Below, piece by piece: positions 19,538-30,757 of a DNA stretch of 64,000 nt. Positions within the stretch are counted from its first letter, which is position 1. Every line of letters starts with the position of its first letter. Below the pieces are notes generated by a model. The model was not told the DNA's origin. It was given only the letters and a program-made list of their open reading frames with translations, and did no database searches. A program made the translations under genes and the position numbers. The stretch is from Nostoc sp. (GTDB taxonomy: Bacteria; Cyanobacteriota; Cyanobacteriia; Cyanobacteriales; Nostocaceae): NCBI GenBank assembly GCA_036918135.1, contig JBALDB010000056.1, positions 434,080-498,079 on the forward strand. The letters are read 5' to 3'.

Positions 19538-21661
19538 ATGCGATTTTCTACTACTGCAATTTTTACTTTAGCTACTTTAGCTGCTGGCAATGTTACTCAG
19601 CAAGCAACGGCTGCACCTACTAAAGTTGTTACTCCAATGCTAAAAGCTGATAAGTTGGTAGTGCCAGTAATTGCAGAAACTCCCGCACGGGTAGAGACAA
19701 TTGCTTCCCCAGAAACTATAGTTGCACAAGAATTTTCCCAAAATTCCGTTTCAGTGCCAACAACTGCAAACAAAAATTCTTCAGTAATTTTAAAGCCCAC
19801 AGCCACGGTAGGGCTAAACCAAAAAGACAAGGGGAACTCGTCTGTAACACCTTTGCTTATTCCCTCCTCTCCCACCGTGGGGGAGACTAAAGCTACATCT
19901 TTCTTTCTTCAAACCCCTGCTACTAACAACGATTTAGTAGTTACAGCTACAGATGTACAGGTAGTGGGAGCTAATCAGGAATTACAGCAAATTATTCGTA
20001 AAGTAATTAAAACTAAGGTGGGTGGAGAAACCAGTCAAAGCCAGCTAGAAAAAGATGTGGCAGCAATTTTGGATACAGGTTTATTTAGCAATGCCAGTGT
20101 GAATAGTCAAAGTACATCTGCTGGATTGAATGTAGTTTATCAGGTGCAACCAGTAATAGTGCAATCGCTGCAATTATCTGGTGCGAAAGTACTTACTTAT
20201 CAAGTAGCCCAAGAACGTTTGCAATCTCAAATTGGCACTGCTATCAGTCCGGCTGGACTCCAGCAAGCAGTGACACAAATTAACAAGTGGTACGCCGACA
20301 ATGGTTATAACTTGGCACGGGTGCTATCAATTAAACCCAGTCCTCAAGGAATTCTAACTTTAAATGTTGCTGAAGGCTTGGTAGGAGATATCAAGTTTCG
20401 CTTTGTCGGTGACGATGGTAAAACCGTTGATAGCAAAGGTAATCTTGTCGGAGGACGCACCAAACCTGATTTTCTCCAACAGCAACTCAAACTCAAACCC
20501 GGTCAAATCTTCCAAGAAAATCTAGTTAAACAAGACATCCAACAGCTATATAGCACCGGATTATTTGAGAGTGTAAATGTTGCCTTAGAAGGAGATGCGA
20601 CAAAGGTCGATGTCGTCTATCAACTCAAAGAAACTGGGGCGCGTGGTGTTAACTTGGGTGGTAGTTACAACGCCGACCAAGGATTAATCGGTACAATCAG
20701 CTATCAAGACCGCAATGTCCGCGGTATTAATGATAATTTAGCGGTGAATGTTGGCGTTAGTAGCCGCGATTTAGAGTTTAATACTAAATATATTAATCCC
20801 TATCGCACAACTAACCCCGATCGCTTGGGTTACACTGTGAATGTTTTTCGGAATCGAGAAGTTTCTGAAACCTTTGACGATCAAATTAAGTTAGCTAACG
20901 GCGATAAAGTCCAAGAAGGTCATATTGGCGGCGGTATCAGCTTCCAGCGACCAATTGACGACTGGAGTACCTCTTTAGGATTCAACTATACCCGAATTAG
21001 TATCCGCGATCGCCAAGGTAATGTTACCCCAACTGATGCTCAGGGTAATCCTTTGTCTGCTAGTGGGACAGGTGTAGATGACCTAACTACCGTATCCTTT
21101 ACCGCCACCAAAGACCAACGAGATAACCCCATCAATCCAACGAAAGGTTCCGTTTTAAGTCTGAGTACAGAGCAATCTGTACCAATTGGTGAAGGTAATA
21201 TTTCCCTTAATCGCCTCAAAGCCAATTACAGCCAATATTTACCAGTTCAGTTATTTAACAGCAAACAGCCACAAGTGTTTGCAGTAAATCTTCAAGCTGG
21301 TACTGTTATTGGGAATTTACCGCCCTACGAAAGCTTTAACTTAGGTGGTTCTAACTCAGTACGCGGTTACGATTCTGGAGAAGTTGGCAGTGGGCGCAGT
21401 TATGTCTTAGCTTCTGCGGAATATCGCTTCCCCGTTATCCCAATCGTCGGCGGTGTATTATTTGCTGACTTCGGTTCCGACTTGGGTTCTGGTGATACTG
21501 TATTGGGAGACCCGGCAGGTGTGCGCGACAAACCAGGTTTTGGTTTTGGTTATGGGGCTGGAGTGCGAGTAAATTCCCCCTTGGGCTTAATTCGGGCTGA
21601 CTATGGCATTAATGACCAGGGAGAAAGCAAAATACATCTAGGCATAGGGCAGCGGTTTTAA
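19538..21661 (+). CDS. Omp85/BamA-family outer membrane protein
   Basis: Signal peptide, POTRA-like region, LGGSNSVRGY loop and terminal Phe. Confidence 0.92.
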   Translation: MRFSTTAIFTLATLAAGNVTQQATAAPTKVVTPMLKADKLVVPVIAETPARVETIASPETIVAQEFSQNSVSVPTTANKNSSVILKPTATVGLNQKDKGNSSVTPLLIPSSPTVGETKATSFFLQTPATNNDLVVTATDVQVVGANQELQQIIRKVIKTKVGGETSQSQLEKDVAAILDTGLFSNASVNSQSTSAGLNVVYQVQPVIVQSLQLSGAKVLTYQVAQERLQSQIGTAISPAGLQQAVTQINKWYADNGYNLARVLSIKPSPQGILTLNVAEGLVGDIKFRFVGDDGKTVDSKGNLVGGRTKPDFLQQQLKLKPGQIFQENLVKQDIQQLYSTGLFESVNVALEGDATKVDVVYQLKETGARGVNLGGSYNADQGLIGTISYQDRNVRGINDNLAVNVGVSSRDLEFNTKYINPYRTTNPDRLGYTVNVFRNREVSETFDDQIKLANGDKVQEGHIGGGISFQRPIDDWSTSLGFNYTRISIRDRQGNVTPTDAQGNPLSASGTGVDDLTTVSFTATKDQRDNPINPTKGSVLSLSTEQSVPIGEGNISLNRLKANYSQYLPVQLFNSKQPQVFAVNLQAGTVIGNLPPYESFNLGGSNSVRGYDSGEVGSGRSYVLASAEYRFPVIPIVGGVLFADFGSDLGSGDTVLGDPAGVRDKPGFGFGYGAGVRVNSPLGLIRADYGINDQGESKIHLGIGQRF

Positions 21662-21929
21662 GAAGCTCGGCATTTAGGGCATTACAGCAATATTCAGTTT
21701 ATTGATTAATCTATCAGCCCCCTCGTGAAGTGTTTGCCCTAGTCAAGCCCCTATTAAATTTTCCAAAATGAACTGTATCAATTAGTATCAGATAATTAAA
21801 CTAGTTAAACTTTTCTAGATGTTTCTATATTGGCTCGTAATTGTCCTCAGAACTAGAGTTTAATTCAAAACAGGTAATAAATAAAGTTGCTCTATTTCAG
21901 AAACACACTTAAACTGAGGCAATCAGATT

Positions 21930-22085
21930 ATGAGAGAAATGACTTTTAAACCCTTAACCGAACAAGACCGTCAAAGAAATGAATATCTAGACAAAATTAA
22001 TCGCGCTCCCTACTCCACAATTCTCTTAATCGGAACGTTGACGTTTTTGCTATTTACTACAGGTGCATTACTTGGCGCTTTTTAG
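21930..22085 (+). CDS. Small single-pass membrane protein (48-51 aa), not in the ORF track
   Basis: MREMTFKPLTEQDRQRNEYLDKINRAPYSTILLIGTLTFLLFTTGALLGAF*; alternative ATG at 21939; downstream hairpin. Confidence 0.6.
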   Translation: MREMTFKPLTEQDRQRNEYLDKINRAPYSTILLIGTLTFLLFTTGALLGAF

Positions 22086-22135
22086 AGCAGATTTGTAGTA
22101 TTAGAATTAAATATTTCGATCGTGAAGTTCCAAGC

Positions 22136-22170
22136 ACCCTCTCCTCAATCACAGGAGAGGGTTTAATTTT
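22136..22170 (+). terminator. Intrinsic terminator-like hairpin
   Basis: accctctcct-caatcac-aggagagggt followed by ttaatttt. Confidence 0.6.
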
Positions 22171-22480
22171 AGTCCTTAAGTTGTCAAGGGTTGTAGCCAG
22201 TAGTCTGTCAAGTCGTAATTCCTCCCTAACATCACGGATGTCAAAGACAGCTTAAGGTTGTTTTCGACTTCAAGATTTCTTGACCTCGCGTTATCCTATG
22301 AAAAAGATAAAACTGTTGCGATCGTTGGGGAGGTTTTTCCTACTTCGGGAATCCCAAAAACTAAATCATCCCGTAGATACATAGGCAAGAACCTGTGACC
22401 TCAAAAATATGGGAATTTGGGAAATCTCTTAAGAATCAGGACTCGCTAGTTATCTGCTCACTCAAGACTCAGGACTTTCT

Positions 22481-24046
22481 ATGTTAGCAGGCACAATTTT
22501 GCAGGATGGAAAATATACCCTAATCCAAGAAATAGGGCGTGGTGGCTTTGGCATTACCTTCAAAGCTAAGCATCACTACTTGGGTCAGGAGGTGGTGATG
22601 AAAACCATCAATGAACGGCTGCGACAACATCCTGATTTTGCCAAGTTCGAGCGTCAATTCCAAGATGAAGCCAGACGACTAGCTACTTGTATCCACCCAA
22701 ATATAGTCCGAGTCAGTGATTTTTTTGTGGAAGCTGGGTTACCTTACATGGTGATGGAGTACATTCCTGGCGACACTTTGGGCGACGCCTTTGTATTACC
22801 AGGAATACCTCTGCCGGAAGCGACAGCAATTCATTATATCCAGCAAATTGGGGCAGCGTTGCAGGTAGTACACAACAATGGTTTGCTGCACCGAGATGTG
22901 AAACCAGATAATATTATCCTGCGCCAAGGAACACAGGAAGTAATACTGATTGATTTTGGCATTGCCAGGGAATTCAATGGCAGTGTCAGGCAGACTCATA
23001 CGGGTTTAGTTTCTGAGGGTTATTCTCCCATCGAGCAGTACCTCACCCAAGCAGCGCGCACACCCGCCACCGATGTTTATGGTTTAGCAGCAACCTTGTA
23101 TGCACTGTTAACAGCCCAAGTTCCCATGCCAGCATTATTGCGCGATCGCGAGCAAATGCCATCCCCCCGCGAACTCCAACCACATTTGAGTGCTGCTGTC
23201 AACCAAGCAGTAATGCGCGGGATGGCGGTGGAATCTCGCTTTCGTCCGGCGACTGTTGCCGAGTGGCTGCAATTGCTCCAAGGAAATCGAGTCAATGGCA
23301 CACCCCATGCCTTACCAACTCACGCAGTGCAAACCATTAATTTATCTGCCCAACCGGGAGAAACTCTGATTAACAAAGTTGCTCAAAAAGCGACTGCCAA
23401 CAAAACTTCACACGCTCAAAAACAGCCCTCATCTAAAATATTCCTTGGTATCGGTGTCGCTGTAGTTGCCGCTACAGCAGGTTTTGGCATCACTAGCATC
23501 TTACCTAAATCTCAGCCGCAGCCAACCGCTAAGCCACTTTTTCAACAGCCTACTCAAGAACCAGCCGCCAAAGTACCTAACTTAGAGAGTGTATCTTCAC
23601 CAGCGACTCCACAGACTAACAGCACCTCAAAAACCGAATCTCCACCTGTCTCTAATTTCAGGCAGCGTCGGCATAATCGTCGTTATTTGCAAGAAGAAAC
23701 TAAAAATCCGACAAAAGAATCACAACGCAGTAACTCCGAACAATCAGCACCTTCACCTAGCGTTTCACCCACACCCTCGCTAGTCGAAAAACTACGGGCG
23801 GTTCGGTCATCTCGTAATGCTTCCCCCGCAGCATCGCCAGATAATAACTCACCAACTTCTAATCAAAATTCTGCTTCTCCTAAATCTGTAACTCCTGCAA
23901 ATCCTGTGGTTATACCACTACCACCACCGGAATCTAAACAGTCAGATCCTTCTGCTGTAGTAGTACCAACACTGGAAAAGCAAAATTCACCGACTGAAAG
24001 TCAAACACAAAACGATAACAAGTCTCAAAAAGAGATCCGAGATTAA
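22481..24046 (+). CDS. Ser/Thr protein kinase (Pkn2 type) with TM segment and P/S-rich tail
   Basis: [14 protein letters not shown] and DFG motifs; one TM segment. Confidence 0.93.
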   Translation: MLAGTILQDGKYTLIQEIGRGGFGITFKAKHHYLGQEVVMKTINERLRQHPDFAKFERQFQDEARRLATCIHPNIVRVSDFFVEAGLPYMVMEYIPGDTLGDAFVLPGIPLPEATAIHYIQQIGAALQVVHNNGLLHRDVKPDNIILRQGTQEVILIDFGIAREFNGSVRQTHTGLVSEGYSPIEQYLTQAARTPATDVYGLAATLYALLTAQVPMPALLRDREQMPSPRELQPHLSAAVNQAVMRGMAVESRFRPATVAEWLQLLQGNRVNGTPHALPTHAVQTINLSAQPGETLINKVAQKATANKTSHAQKQPSSKIFLGIGVAVVAATAGFGITSILPKSQPQPTAKPLFQQPTQEPAAKVPNLESVSSPATPQTNSTSKTESPPVSNFRQRRHNRRYLQEETKNPTKESQRSNSEQSAPSPSVSPTPSLVEKLRAVRSSRNASPAASPDNNSPTSNQNSASPKSVTPANPVVIPLPPPESKQSDPSAVVVPTLEKQNSPTESQTQNDNKSQKEIRD

Positions 24047-24140
24047 AATAATTGCTAATTAAGAGGATATTTGTGAAGTATCAGGTTGTATTAAAGTGTG
24101 CCTAACCTAATACTCACATTAAAAGTAAAACCAATTGCAA

Positions 24141-24872
24141 TTAAATAGATACTCTTACCTTAACTGTCGATTTCTGTTTGTGTTTCCCTAAAACTTTGCT
24201 TGTACCCCAGACGCCTAAAGCTACTATTCCTAATGTAAAGGACGGTTCAGGAATAGAGTCAACTCGGCGAAACTCAATGGGCGTAGCAAAAAGCAAATTA
24301 CCATTAGCTGCAAAAATCTTGTCTAAAGAGTAAATGTCATTTTCCGAAACAACTACACTAGAAATCACCTTACCACCAGAACTTGTAGGACAGCCGTTAG
24401 GCGAATTATTTCCTATGTAGTCACCCGCATTCCAAAAAATTTCTAAATTGCAGCTTGTTGTTAAAACGTTGCTAGAGTCAAGAGTATGTTCAGACTCAGG
24501 TCGATTACATAATCCAACAGGTGAATAGTTTGCATTAAAGGCACGAATGCTGAGATTCACTGCTGAATTTTCTTGGCTAAAAGAATAAAGACGGAAGCGA
24601 TTAATACTTTTTTGTTCGAGATAAATATTTTCTGTTCCAGTTATAGGCTCAGCATTAGTCAATTCCACACTACAACTTGACAGAGTAATAGGCGGAACAG
24701 AAGGGTTAGTTGCCACTTGCTGGGAATTATCGAACAAACCAGTAAACCATTGTGCTACTTGCTTGACCTGTGTCTCAAGCGGTGGCGGACTAGCCGCAGT
24801 AGCGCGAGTTGCTTGGGCAAATGTTAAGGCTGAAAATAAAGCTGTCAGAGTATATACTTTGACGAGATTCAT
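24141..24872 (-). CDS. Exported CpcT/CpeT-like protein with PEP-CTERM sorting signal
   Basis: Signal peptide; VAQWFTGLFDNSQQ, YLEQ, RLYSF and EFRR resemble T-type lyases; tail IPEPS, hydrophobic stretch, KHKQK. Confidence 0.7.
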   Translation of the reverse strand: MNLVKVYTLTALFSALTFAQATRATAASPPPLETQVKQVAQWFTGLFDNSQQVATNPSVPPITLSSCSVELTNAEPITGTENIYLEQKSINRFRLYSFSQENSAVNLSIRAFNANYSPVGLCNRPESEHTLDSSNVLTTSCNLEIFWNAGDYIGNNSPNGCPTSSGGKVISSVVVSENDIYSLDKIFAANGNLLFATPIEFRRVDSIPEPSFTLGIVALGVWGTSKVLGKHKQKSTVKVRVSI

Positions 24873-25080
24873 AAATTAATACAATCTCTAAAATTTCAAA
24901 GTATTTTATCTTACTCTTGCTGTAATTTGTACCAATGTTGTTTTAGAAAATACCAGCTTCCTGTACTGCTAAGGCGTATATTTAATTTTCTTATTGACTC
25001 AGATGTGGAATTAGTGCTGTAGTTAAAGAAAACCGATCGCAGCAACCAACTATAGAAAGGAATGCTGCATCATCAATAAT

Positions 25081-26097
25081 TTATGAATTGACGTTGATAA
25101 CTACTTTACCGAAGTGAGCTCCACTTTTGAGGTAATGATAAGCTTCCCGTGCTTCAGTAAATGGGAAAACTCTATCGATAATCGGTTTGATTTGATGCTG
25201 TTGTATTGTCTGATTCATTGCCTCAAACATTTCCCGACTGCCAACATAAATCCCTTGAACTGTTAAACTTTTAAAAAGTATTGGCATCGGGTCAATTTCG
25301 TTACCTCTACCAGACAAGAGGCCAATCAAATTCACACGTCCGCCAATGCGGGCTGCTTGTAGCGATTTTGGTAAAGTTCCTGCACCGCCTACCTCAACCA
25401 CATGATCTACACCTGTGCGATTAGTTAATTGGTAAACTTGCTTTTCCCAATCTGGTGTTGTTTTGTAATTGATTGTTTCCTCAGCACCAAGCTGTTTTAC
25501 TCGTGCCAACTTTTCATCGCTACTAGAAGTGACGATCGCTCTAGCACCATGTATCTTGGCAAACTGGAGAGCAAAAATTGAAACTCCCCCAGTACCGAGT
25601 AATAAAACACTATCACCTGTGCTAATATTGCCTTTTGTCACCAAACCATGCCAAGCGGTAACTCCTGCACAGGGCAAGGTTGCAGCTTCAGCATAGGATA
25701 GGTGGTCTGGTAAAATTACCAAACCGTCTTGGTGTAATACGACATACTCAGCCAACATTCCATCAATACCACCTCCGAGATCGGATTTCATTTTCTCTTT
25801 GGTTAAAGAGCCATAAATCCAGTCTTGGAAGAAAATAGCAGCGACGCGATCGCCTACTTTTACGCGTGTGACACCTTCCCCTACCGCCACAACTTCCCCT
25901 GCACCGTCAGACATGGGAATTAAGGGATATTTCTGTCCAGCACCGTAGGCTCCTTCAACAACGAGTAAATCCCGGTAATTTAGAGATGTTGCTTTGACTT
26001 GAATCAGAACTTGACCGACTGCGGGTTTTGGTTCGGGGCGATCGACTAATGCCAGGGCATCAATACCAGCGTTGCTTTGAATTTCGTAAGCTTTCAT
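25081..26097 (-). CDS. MDR-family NAD(P)-dependent alcohol dehydrogenase/quinone reductase
   Basis: SLNYRD, SDGAGEV, GTGGVS and HFGKVV motifs. Confidence 0.9.
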   Translation of the reverse strand: MKAYEIQSNAGIDALALVDRPEPKPAVGQVLIQVKATSLNYRDLLVVEGAYGAGQKYPLIPMSDGAGEVVAVGEGVTRVKVGDRVAAIFFQDWIYGSLTKEKMKSDLGGGIDGMLAEYVVLHQDGLVILPDHLSYAEAATLPCAGVTAWHGLVTKGNISTGDSVLLLGTGGVSIFALQFAKIHGARAIVTSSSDEKLARVKQLGAEETINYKTTPDWEKQVYQLTNRTGVDHVVEVGGAGTLPKSLQAARIGGRVNLIGLLSGRGNEIDPMPILFKSLTVQGIYVGSREMFEAMNQTIQQHQIKPIIDRVFPFTEAREAYHYLKSGAHFGKVVINVNS

Positions 26098-26304
26098 TGG
26101 CGGACTTCCTTAATAGAAACGTTCATCTGCTCAATAACAGCCTACATTACAGCAATTTTCAGAGCGTTAAATTATATTACAAGGTAGCACAGTTGTGCTA
26201 CCTTACATCAGCAGGTTTTGTTTGTGTAGTTGTGGTTTATAACCATCTTTTTACACAGTTATAAGATGAATCTTGATAACTGTTTGCTGTTCGCTGATTT
26301 AATA

Positions 26305-27327
26305 CTACAGAGAATCCCTCAACTGCTCTACCTTTTCTAAGAGTGGCTGATGTTCAATTTTCTCTGCTAACTCTTGGGCGTTTTCATAGCACAATCGCGC
26401 CATTTTTTTGCGTTTGGTTGTGGCGTAAAGGCTTCCCATATTCAGCAAAGTAGAAATTTCTCCGAGAAAATCGCCCTGTTGTTGATAAATAGCAATGGCT
26501 TGTTTGTAGAACTTCATTGCTTGGCGATGCTGGGCGATGATACTGTGGGTAAAACCAATGTTGTGCAGGGTTGTTGCCAGGCCGGAGCGATCGCCAATCG
26601 CTCGACGTGTCAAAAGAACTTGATGATAGAGCAACAGCGCTTGTTTGGGTTGTCCTAAATCACTATAAACTGAAGCAATATTATTCAAGGTGGTTGCTTC
26701 ACCAACTAAATTCTTAAGAGATCGTTGAATCGGCAGTGCTGCTTGAAAAAATTCTAGAGCTTGATGGAACTTGCCTAAAACAGTGTAGGCAAACCCAATA
26801 CCATTTAGAGTTGTTGCTTCACCAGAAAAGTCACCTAGCAATCGACGCACTGTCAAAATTTGGTTTTGTAGCAACAGTGCGCGTTTAGGTTCTCCTAATC
26901 GGGTATAAATCAGGGCTACATCATTGAGAATAGAAACTTCTCCTTCAGCATCTTGCAATTGCCTGAAGATCGCAAGTGCTTTGTTAAAATACTCTAACGC
27001 TTGTAAAAAGCGTCCAAGACGGCTGTAGGTAGAACCTAGATTGCTCAGTGCAGTTGCTTGTGCGGACGCGTTATCAATTTCAATAGCAACACAAAGCGCT
27101 TGTTGAAACCGCTCTAAGGCCCTTTGAGGTTGCCAGCAACCCAGATAGGCTAAACCAAGGTCGTTCAATGTGTAACCTTCCCTAACTCGGTCTGGAATTG
27201 CTCTTGCTAGCTGTAAATTCTGAGTCACAAGATCGAGATACTCTTGAAATTTTCCCCGCTGGTAATAACGGTTTGCTTCATCGCGGCGTTGTTCCCACTC
27301 TCTGACTGGATTTAAAGGTTGCGTCAT
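26305..27327 (-). CDS. Tetratricopeptide repeat protein
   Basis: Repeated EATTLNNIG-type 40 aa TPR units; likely start at ATG 27327. Confidence 0.88.
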   Translation of the reverse strand: MTQPLNPVREWEQRRDEANRYYQRGKFQEYLDLVTQNLQLARAIPDRVREGYTLNDLGLAYLGCWQPQRALERFQQALCVAIEIDNASAQATALSNLGSTYSRLGRFLQALEYFNKALAIFRQLQDAEGEVSILNDVALIYTRLGEPKRALLLQNQILTVRRLLGDFSGEATTLNGIGFAYTVLGKFHQALEFFQAALPIQRSLKNLVGEATTLNNIASVYSDLGQPKQALLLYHQVLLTRRAIGDRSGLATTLHNIGFTHSIIAQHRQAMKFYKQAIAIYQQQGDFLGEISTLLNMGSLYATTKRKKMARLCYENAQELAEKIEHQPLLEKVEQLRDSL

Positions 27328-27650
27328 CTGACCTCGGTTGCACTCTGCGAGATATAGGTAAGATATTTTTTGGGAATGAACTCCTCTTAGGTTTCCCAAA
27401 TTTGAGTTAACCTATATCTTCTACCTTTAGATATAAGACGTAAAGAGAGAAGTATGGTACTTTTTCATACTTCTCTCTTTACCAATGAAGCGATTAATAC
27501 AAATACACTAGTTAAGTATTGAACTGAGATATGTGTGATATCAAGCTTTGATTGTTGACTGTTGATGGTTACCAGTCAACAGTGCGTTGCGTATTTTCCA
27601 ACAGTTGTTCGCTCTTAGCGTTCCCACACTGTAACAACTGGCTTTGATCG

Positions 27651-27700
27651 CTCAACAGTTAACGTGAAATTTCATCCCCTTTTAAAGGTGGGATGAGCTA
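27651..27700. repeat. Dispersed repeat, copy 2
   Basis: Matches 7352-7410. Confidence 0.65.
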
Positions 27701-27715
27701 AATCAAGCGTTTGTA

Positions 27716-27870
27716 ATTAAATTAAGCCCCTCCGTCACCAGAGCGACTCGTCTTCAAAACCGGACGTAAGATTTTCACCTTATCCGGCTCTTCAGTGATT
27801 TGGTGCTTGTCCAAGTGCATACCTCCAACCAAACCATCTTTGGCTGTTTTAGTGTCATGACAATGTCGTT
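27716..27870 (-). mobile_element. Group II intron 3' remnant (end of HNH domain, domain V, domain VI)
   Basis: Minus strand encodes RHCHDTKTAKDG, then GAGCCGGATAAGGTGAAAATCTTACGTCCGGTTTT (DV, AGC triad, GAAA loop) and GTCGCTCTGGTGACGGAGGGGCTTAATTTAAT (DVI, AT end). Confidence 0.85.
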
Positions 27871-28065
27871 ATCGTCTTCGATGACCGATGAAACTGGAAA
27901 CCAAAGCTACATCTGTACTGCGATTTGGTGGTAGGTACTTTACGATTGCAAAATGTAAACCAGTAAAAACAGATAACTTAATATTGTATAGTGTTTGACT
28001 ACACGCTCAAACTGATAACTATTAAAAAGTGTGTTTTTGGCAAACATTAATATAATGCTCTTATT

Positions 28066-29946
28066 ATGAGCATCTACCAATCTCTAAAAAAATCTTATAC
28101 ACAACGCGGCCGGGGTGAAAATGACTGGCGGTTATTTTTGCGTTTAGTGCCTTATGCCCGTCGCAGTGGGGGACTGTTAGCACTGTCTACGATCCTACTT
28201 GTGCCGATCGCCATCTCTAATGCCGTACAACCGCTATTAATTGGACAAGTTGTTTCTCTGATTCGCCATGAATCGAGTACTTACGAATTCTTAAGGAATC
28301 GCCCCTTCGCCCAAGCGCTAAATATTTTAGAAGGGTTACTGCTGATTACGATCGCCATCCGCTTGTTTTTGACAGGCTACCAGGGTTATCTCGTACAGAA
28401 ATTAGGGCAACAAATCACTACAGCAATTCGCCAGGATTTATTTCATCATGTGACATCTCTAGCGGTACGTTTTTTTGACAGGACGCCCGTAGGTAAATTA
28501 ATTACCAGAATCACCAGTGATGTAGAAGTGTTAGGCGACGTCTTTTCTACTGGGGCAATCGGCATTGTCTCCGATTTTTTTTCCATGCTGGTGATTGTGG
28601 TTTTAATGTTTTATAGTCAATGGGAACTTGCTTGTTTGTTACTATTGATGCTGTTCCCGATTACCTGGGTAATTGTTTACTTGCAGAAACAGTATCGCCA
28701 AGCCAATTACAAAGCGCGGGAAGAACTTTCTATACTCAATTCACACCTGCAAGAAAATGTCCTTGGCATTAACGTAGTGCAGTTGTTCCGCAGAGAAAAA
28801 TTTAATGCCGAATTGTTTCGTGCTACCAACAGTCGCTACACTCAGCAAGTAGATAAAAATATCTTTTATGATGCAGCTGTTTCCGCAACCTTGGAATGGA
28901 TTGGACTGGTTGCGATCGCAGGTGTTTTATGGTTGGGTGGTTGGATGCTTTTAGAAGACGCCTTGACTTTTGGGACTTTTTCTGCATTCATTTTATATGC
29001 CCAGCGATTATTTGACCCATTAAGGAATTTTGCAGAAAAATTTACGGTAATTCAAGCTGGTTTTACTGCCATTGAACGCGTAAGCGATATATTAGATGAA
29101 CCGATAGAAATACGCGATCGGACTAATGTACGCTACTCAATTCTTGATGCAAAATTTGGATACATAGACGAGATAGTTGCAAATCTAGAATCTCCAGATA
29201 TCGATTCCGCACCTGAACTAGGTGAAATTCGCTTTGAACACGTCTGGTTTGCTTATAAAAACGACGATTACGTAATTAAAGACTTAGATTTTACCATTCA
29301 TCCTGGTGAAAAAGTGGCATTAGTCGGCCCCACAGGTGCGGGTAAAACTTCTATCATCCGGCTTTTATGTCGCCTTTACGAACCTACCCAAGGACGCATT
29401 CTCATAGATGGTATAGATATTAAAGACGTACCGCAGGCAGAACTACGACGTTACATGGCAGTAATTTTACAAGAAGGTTTTTTATTTGCTGGCAATGTTA
29501 AAAGCAATATTTCTTTAGGAGATGGCTATACATTTGAACAGATCCAACAAGCAGCAGAGAAAACCAATATTGCCCAGTTTATAGAAGAGTTACCAGAAAG
29601 CTACGAGACTCAACTTCGAGAAAGAGGCACAAATATTTCTAGTGGACAAAAGCAACTTTTAGCCTTTGCCCGTGCTGCCATTCGTAATCCTCAAATTTTA
29701 GTATTAGATGAAGCCACTGCTAGTTTAGATGTGGGCACAGAAGCTTTAATTCAAGAAGCATTAGACCAGCTTTTGCTCAAACGCACCGCCATTATCATTG
29801 CCCACCGTTTATCTACAATTCGCAATGTAGACCGAATTTTTGTTTTGAAGCGTGGCGAATTAATCGAACAAGGAAGTCACGAACAATTACTGCAACAAGG
29901 TGGACTTTATGCCACTTTGCATAACTTGCAAATGTTAGGAACTTAA
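28066..29946 (+). CDS. ABC exporter, fused permease and ATPase (MdlB-like)
   Basis: TM domain, GPTGAGKT, SSGQKQ, LDEAT and IAHRL. Confidence 0.93.
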   Translation: MSIYQSLKKSYTQRGRGENDWRLFLRLVPYARRSGGLLALSTILLVPIAISNAVQPLLIGQVVSLIRHESSTYEFLRNRPFAQALNILEGLLLITIAIRLFLTGYQGYLVQKLGQQITTAIRQDLFHHVTSLAVRFFDRTPVGKLITRITSDVEVLGDVFSTGAIGIVSDFFSMLVIVVLMFYSQWELACLLLLMLFPITWVIVYLQKQYRQANYKAREELSILNSHLQENVLGINVVQLFRREKFNAELFRATNSRYTQQVDKNIFYDAAVSATLEWIGLVAIAGVLWLGGWMLLEDALTFGTFSAFILYAQRLFDPLRNFAEKFTVIQAGFTAIERVSDILDEPIEIRDRTNVRYSILDAKFGYIDEIVANLESPDIDSAPELGEIRFEHVWFAYKNDDYVIKDLDFTIHPGEKVALVGPTGAGKTSIIRLLCRLYEPTQGRILIDGIDIKDVPQAELRRYMAVILQEGFLFAGNVKSNISLGDGYTFEQIQQAAEKTNIAQFIEELPESYETQLRERGTNISSGQKQLLAFARAAIRNPQILVLDEATASLDVGTEALIQEALDQLLLKRTAIIIAHRLSTIRNVDRIFVLKRGELIEQGSHEQLLQQGGLYATLHNLQMLGT

Positions 29947-30367
29947 GCGAGGATAGCAAAAAAATAAACACTGAGTAGATAAATAACTCTAATTCGTAAT
30001 TCGTAATACTCACCTGGGCGTGAGAAGCAAGCTACGTAATTCGTAACGAAAGTCATAGCCCCTTAATTCATTGATGGAGATTAAAAAACAGCCAGCCTTT
30101 TTTCAAGCCCCCGACTTCAGTCGTGGGTTAATAACTACAAATTACTGTCTTCGTAGCTCTCTTCGACGTAGGTACGTCATTATAAATTACGAATTACCTT
30201 AACTTAATTTTACAGGTGGGCATAAGTAGGTCGGTATGAATATTTATCATTAGGATGAGGCAGGAGGTAGAAGGCAGAAGTCAGGAGGGAAGAAGGTTTA
30301 AGCCTATTTAATTTTTCTTAACATAGTTTTTTTCTACACCGTTATACTTAAGCTGGTAAATTCAACT

Positions 30368-30448
30368 TAGGGAGTGACAAAAAAATATCCCACTGCTAAC
30401 AGCCAATAGTCATCAGTCATCAACTTCAAATACAGACAAATTATTCCC
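30368..30448. mobile_element. MITE-like repeat family, partial copy 2
   Basis: tagggagt...aaaatatcccact...catcaacttcaaa matches 17746-17843. Confidence 0.5.
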
Positions 30449-30757
30449 AGGATGATTATTGACCAGCCCCTTCAAGGCAAGGTGTGGGGTTGCAGATTTA
30501 GGGTTACGTGTCGAAAAAGCCCCGTTCGCGCAGCGTTCCTAAGGAAAGTTTGGACAGAGCAACTAGTTTCAAGTATAAAAAAAAGATGTATTCTGAAATA
30601 CATAGTATGAAAATACAGCGTCCAGGAAGTGAAACCCCTGATTTTAATCATGGGGTTCCCTATACCTTACCCCCTACACCCCCTTCATAGTTGACAACTA
30701 AAATTAATGTCCAAGAAATTGATATGCTAAAGGCCGAGACTAGCAATTATTCAAACC

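Noticed and set aside
30050..30660. IS200/IS605-like end hairpins (agcccccgacttcagtcgtggg; acccctgattttaatcatgggg)
   Set aside because: No tnpA or tnpB remnant visible; too short to call an element.
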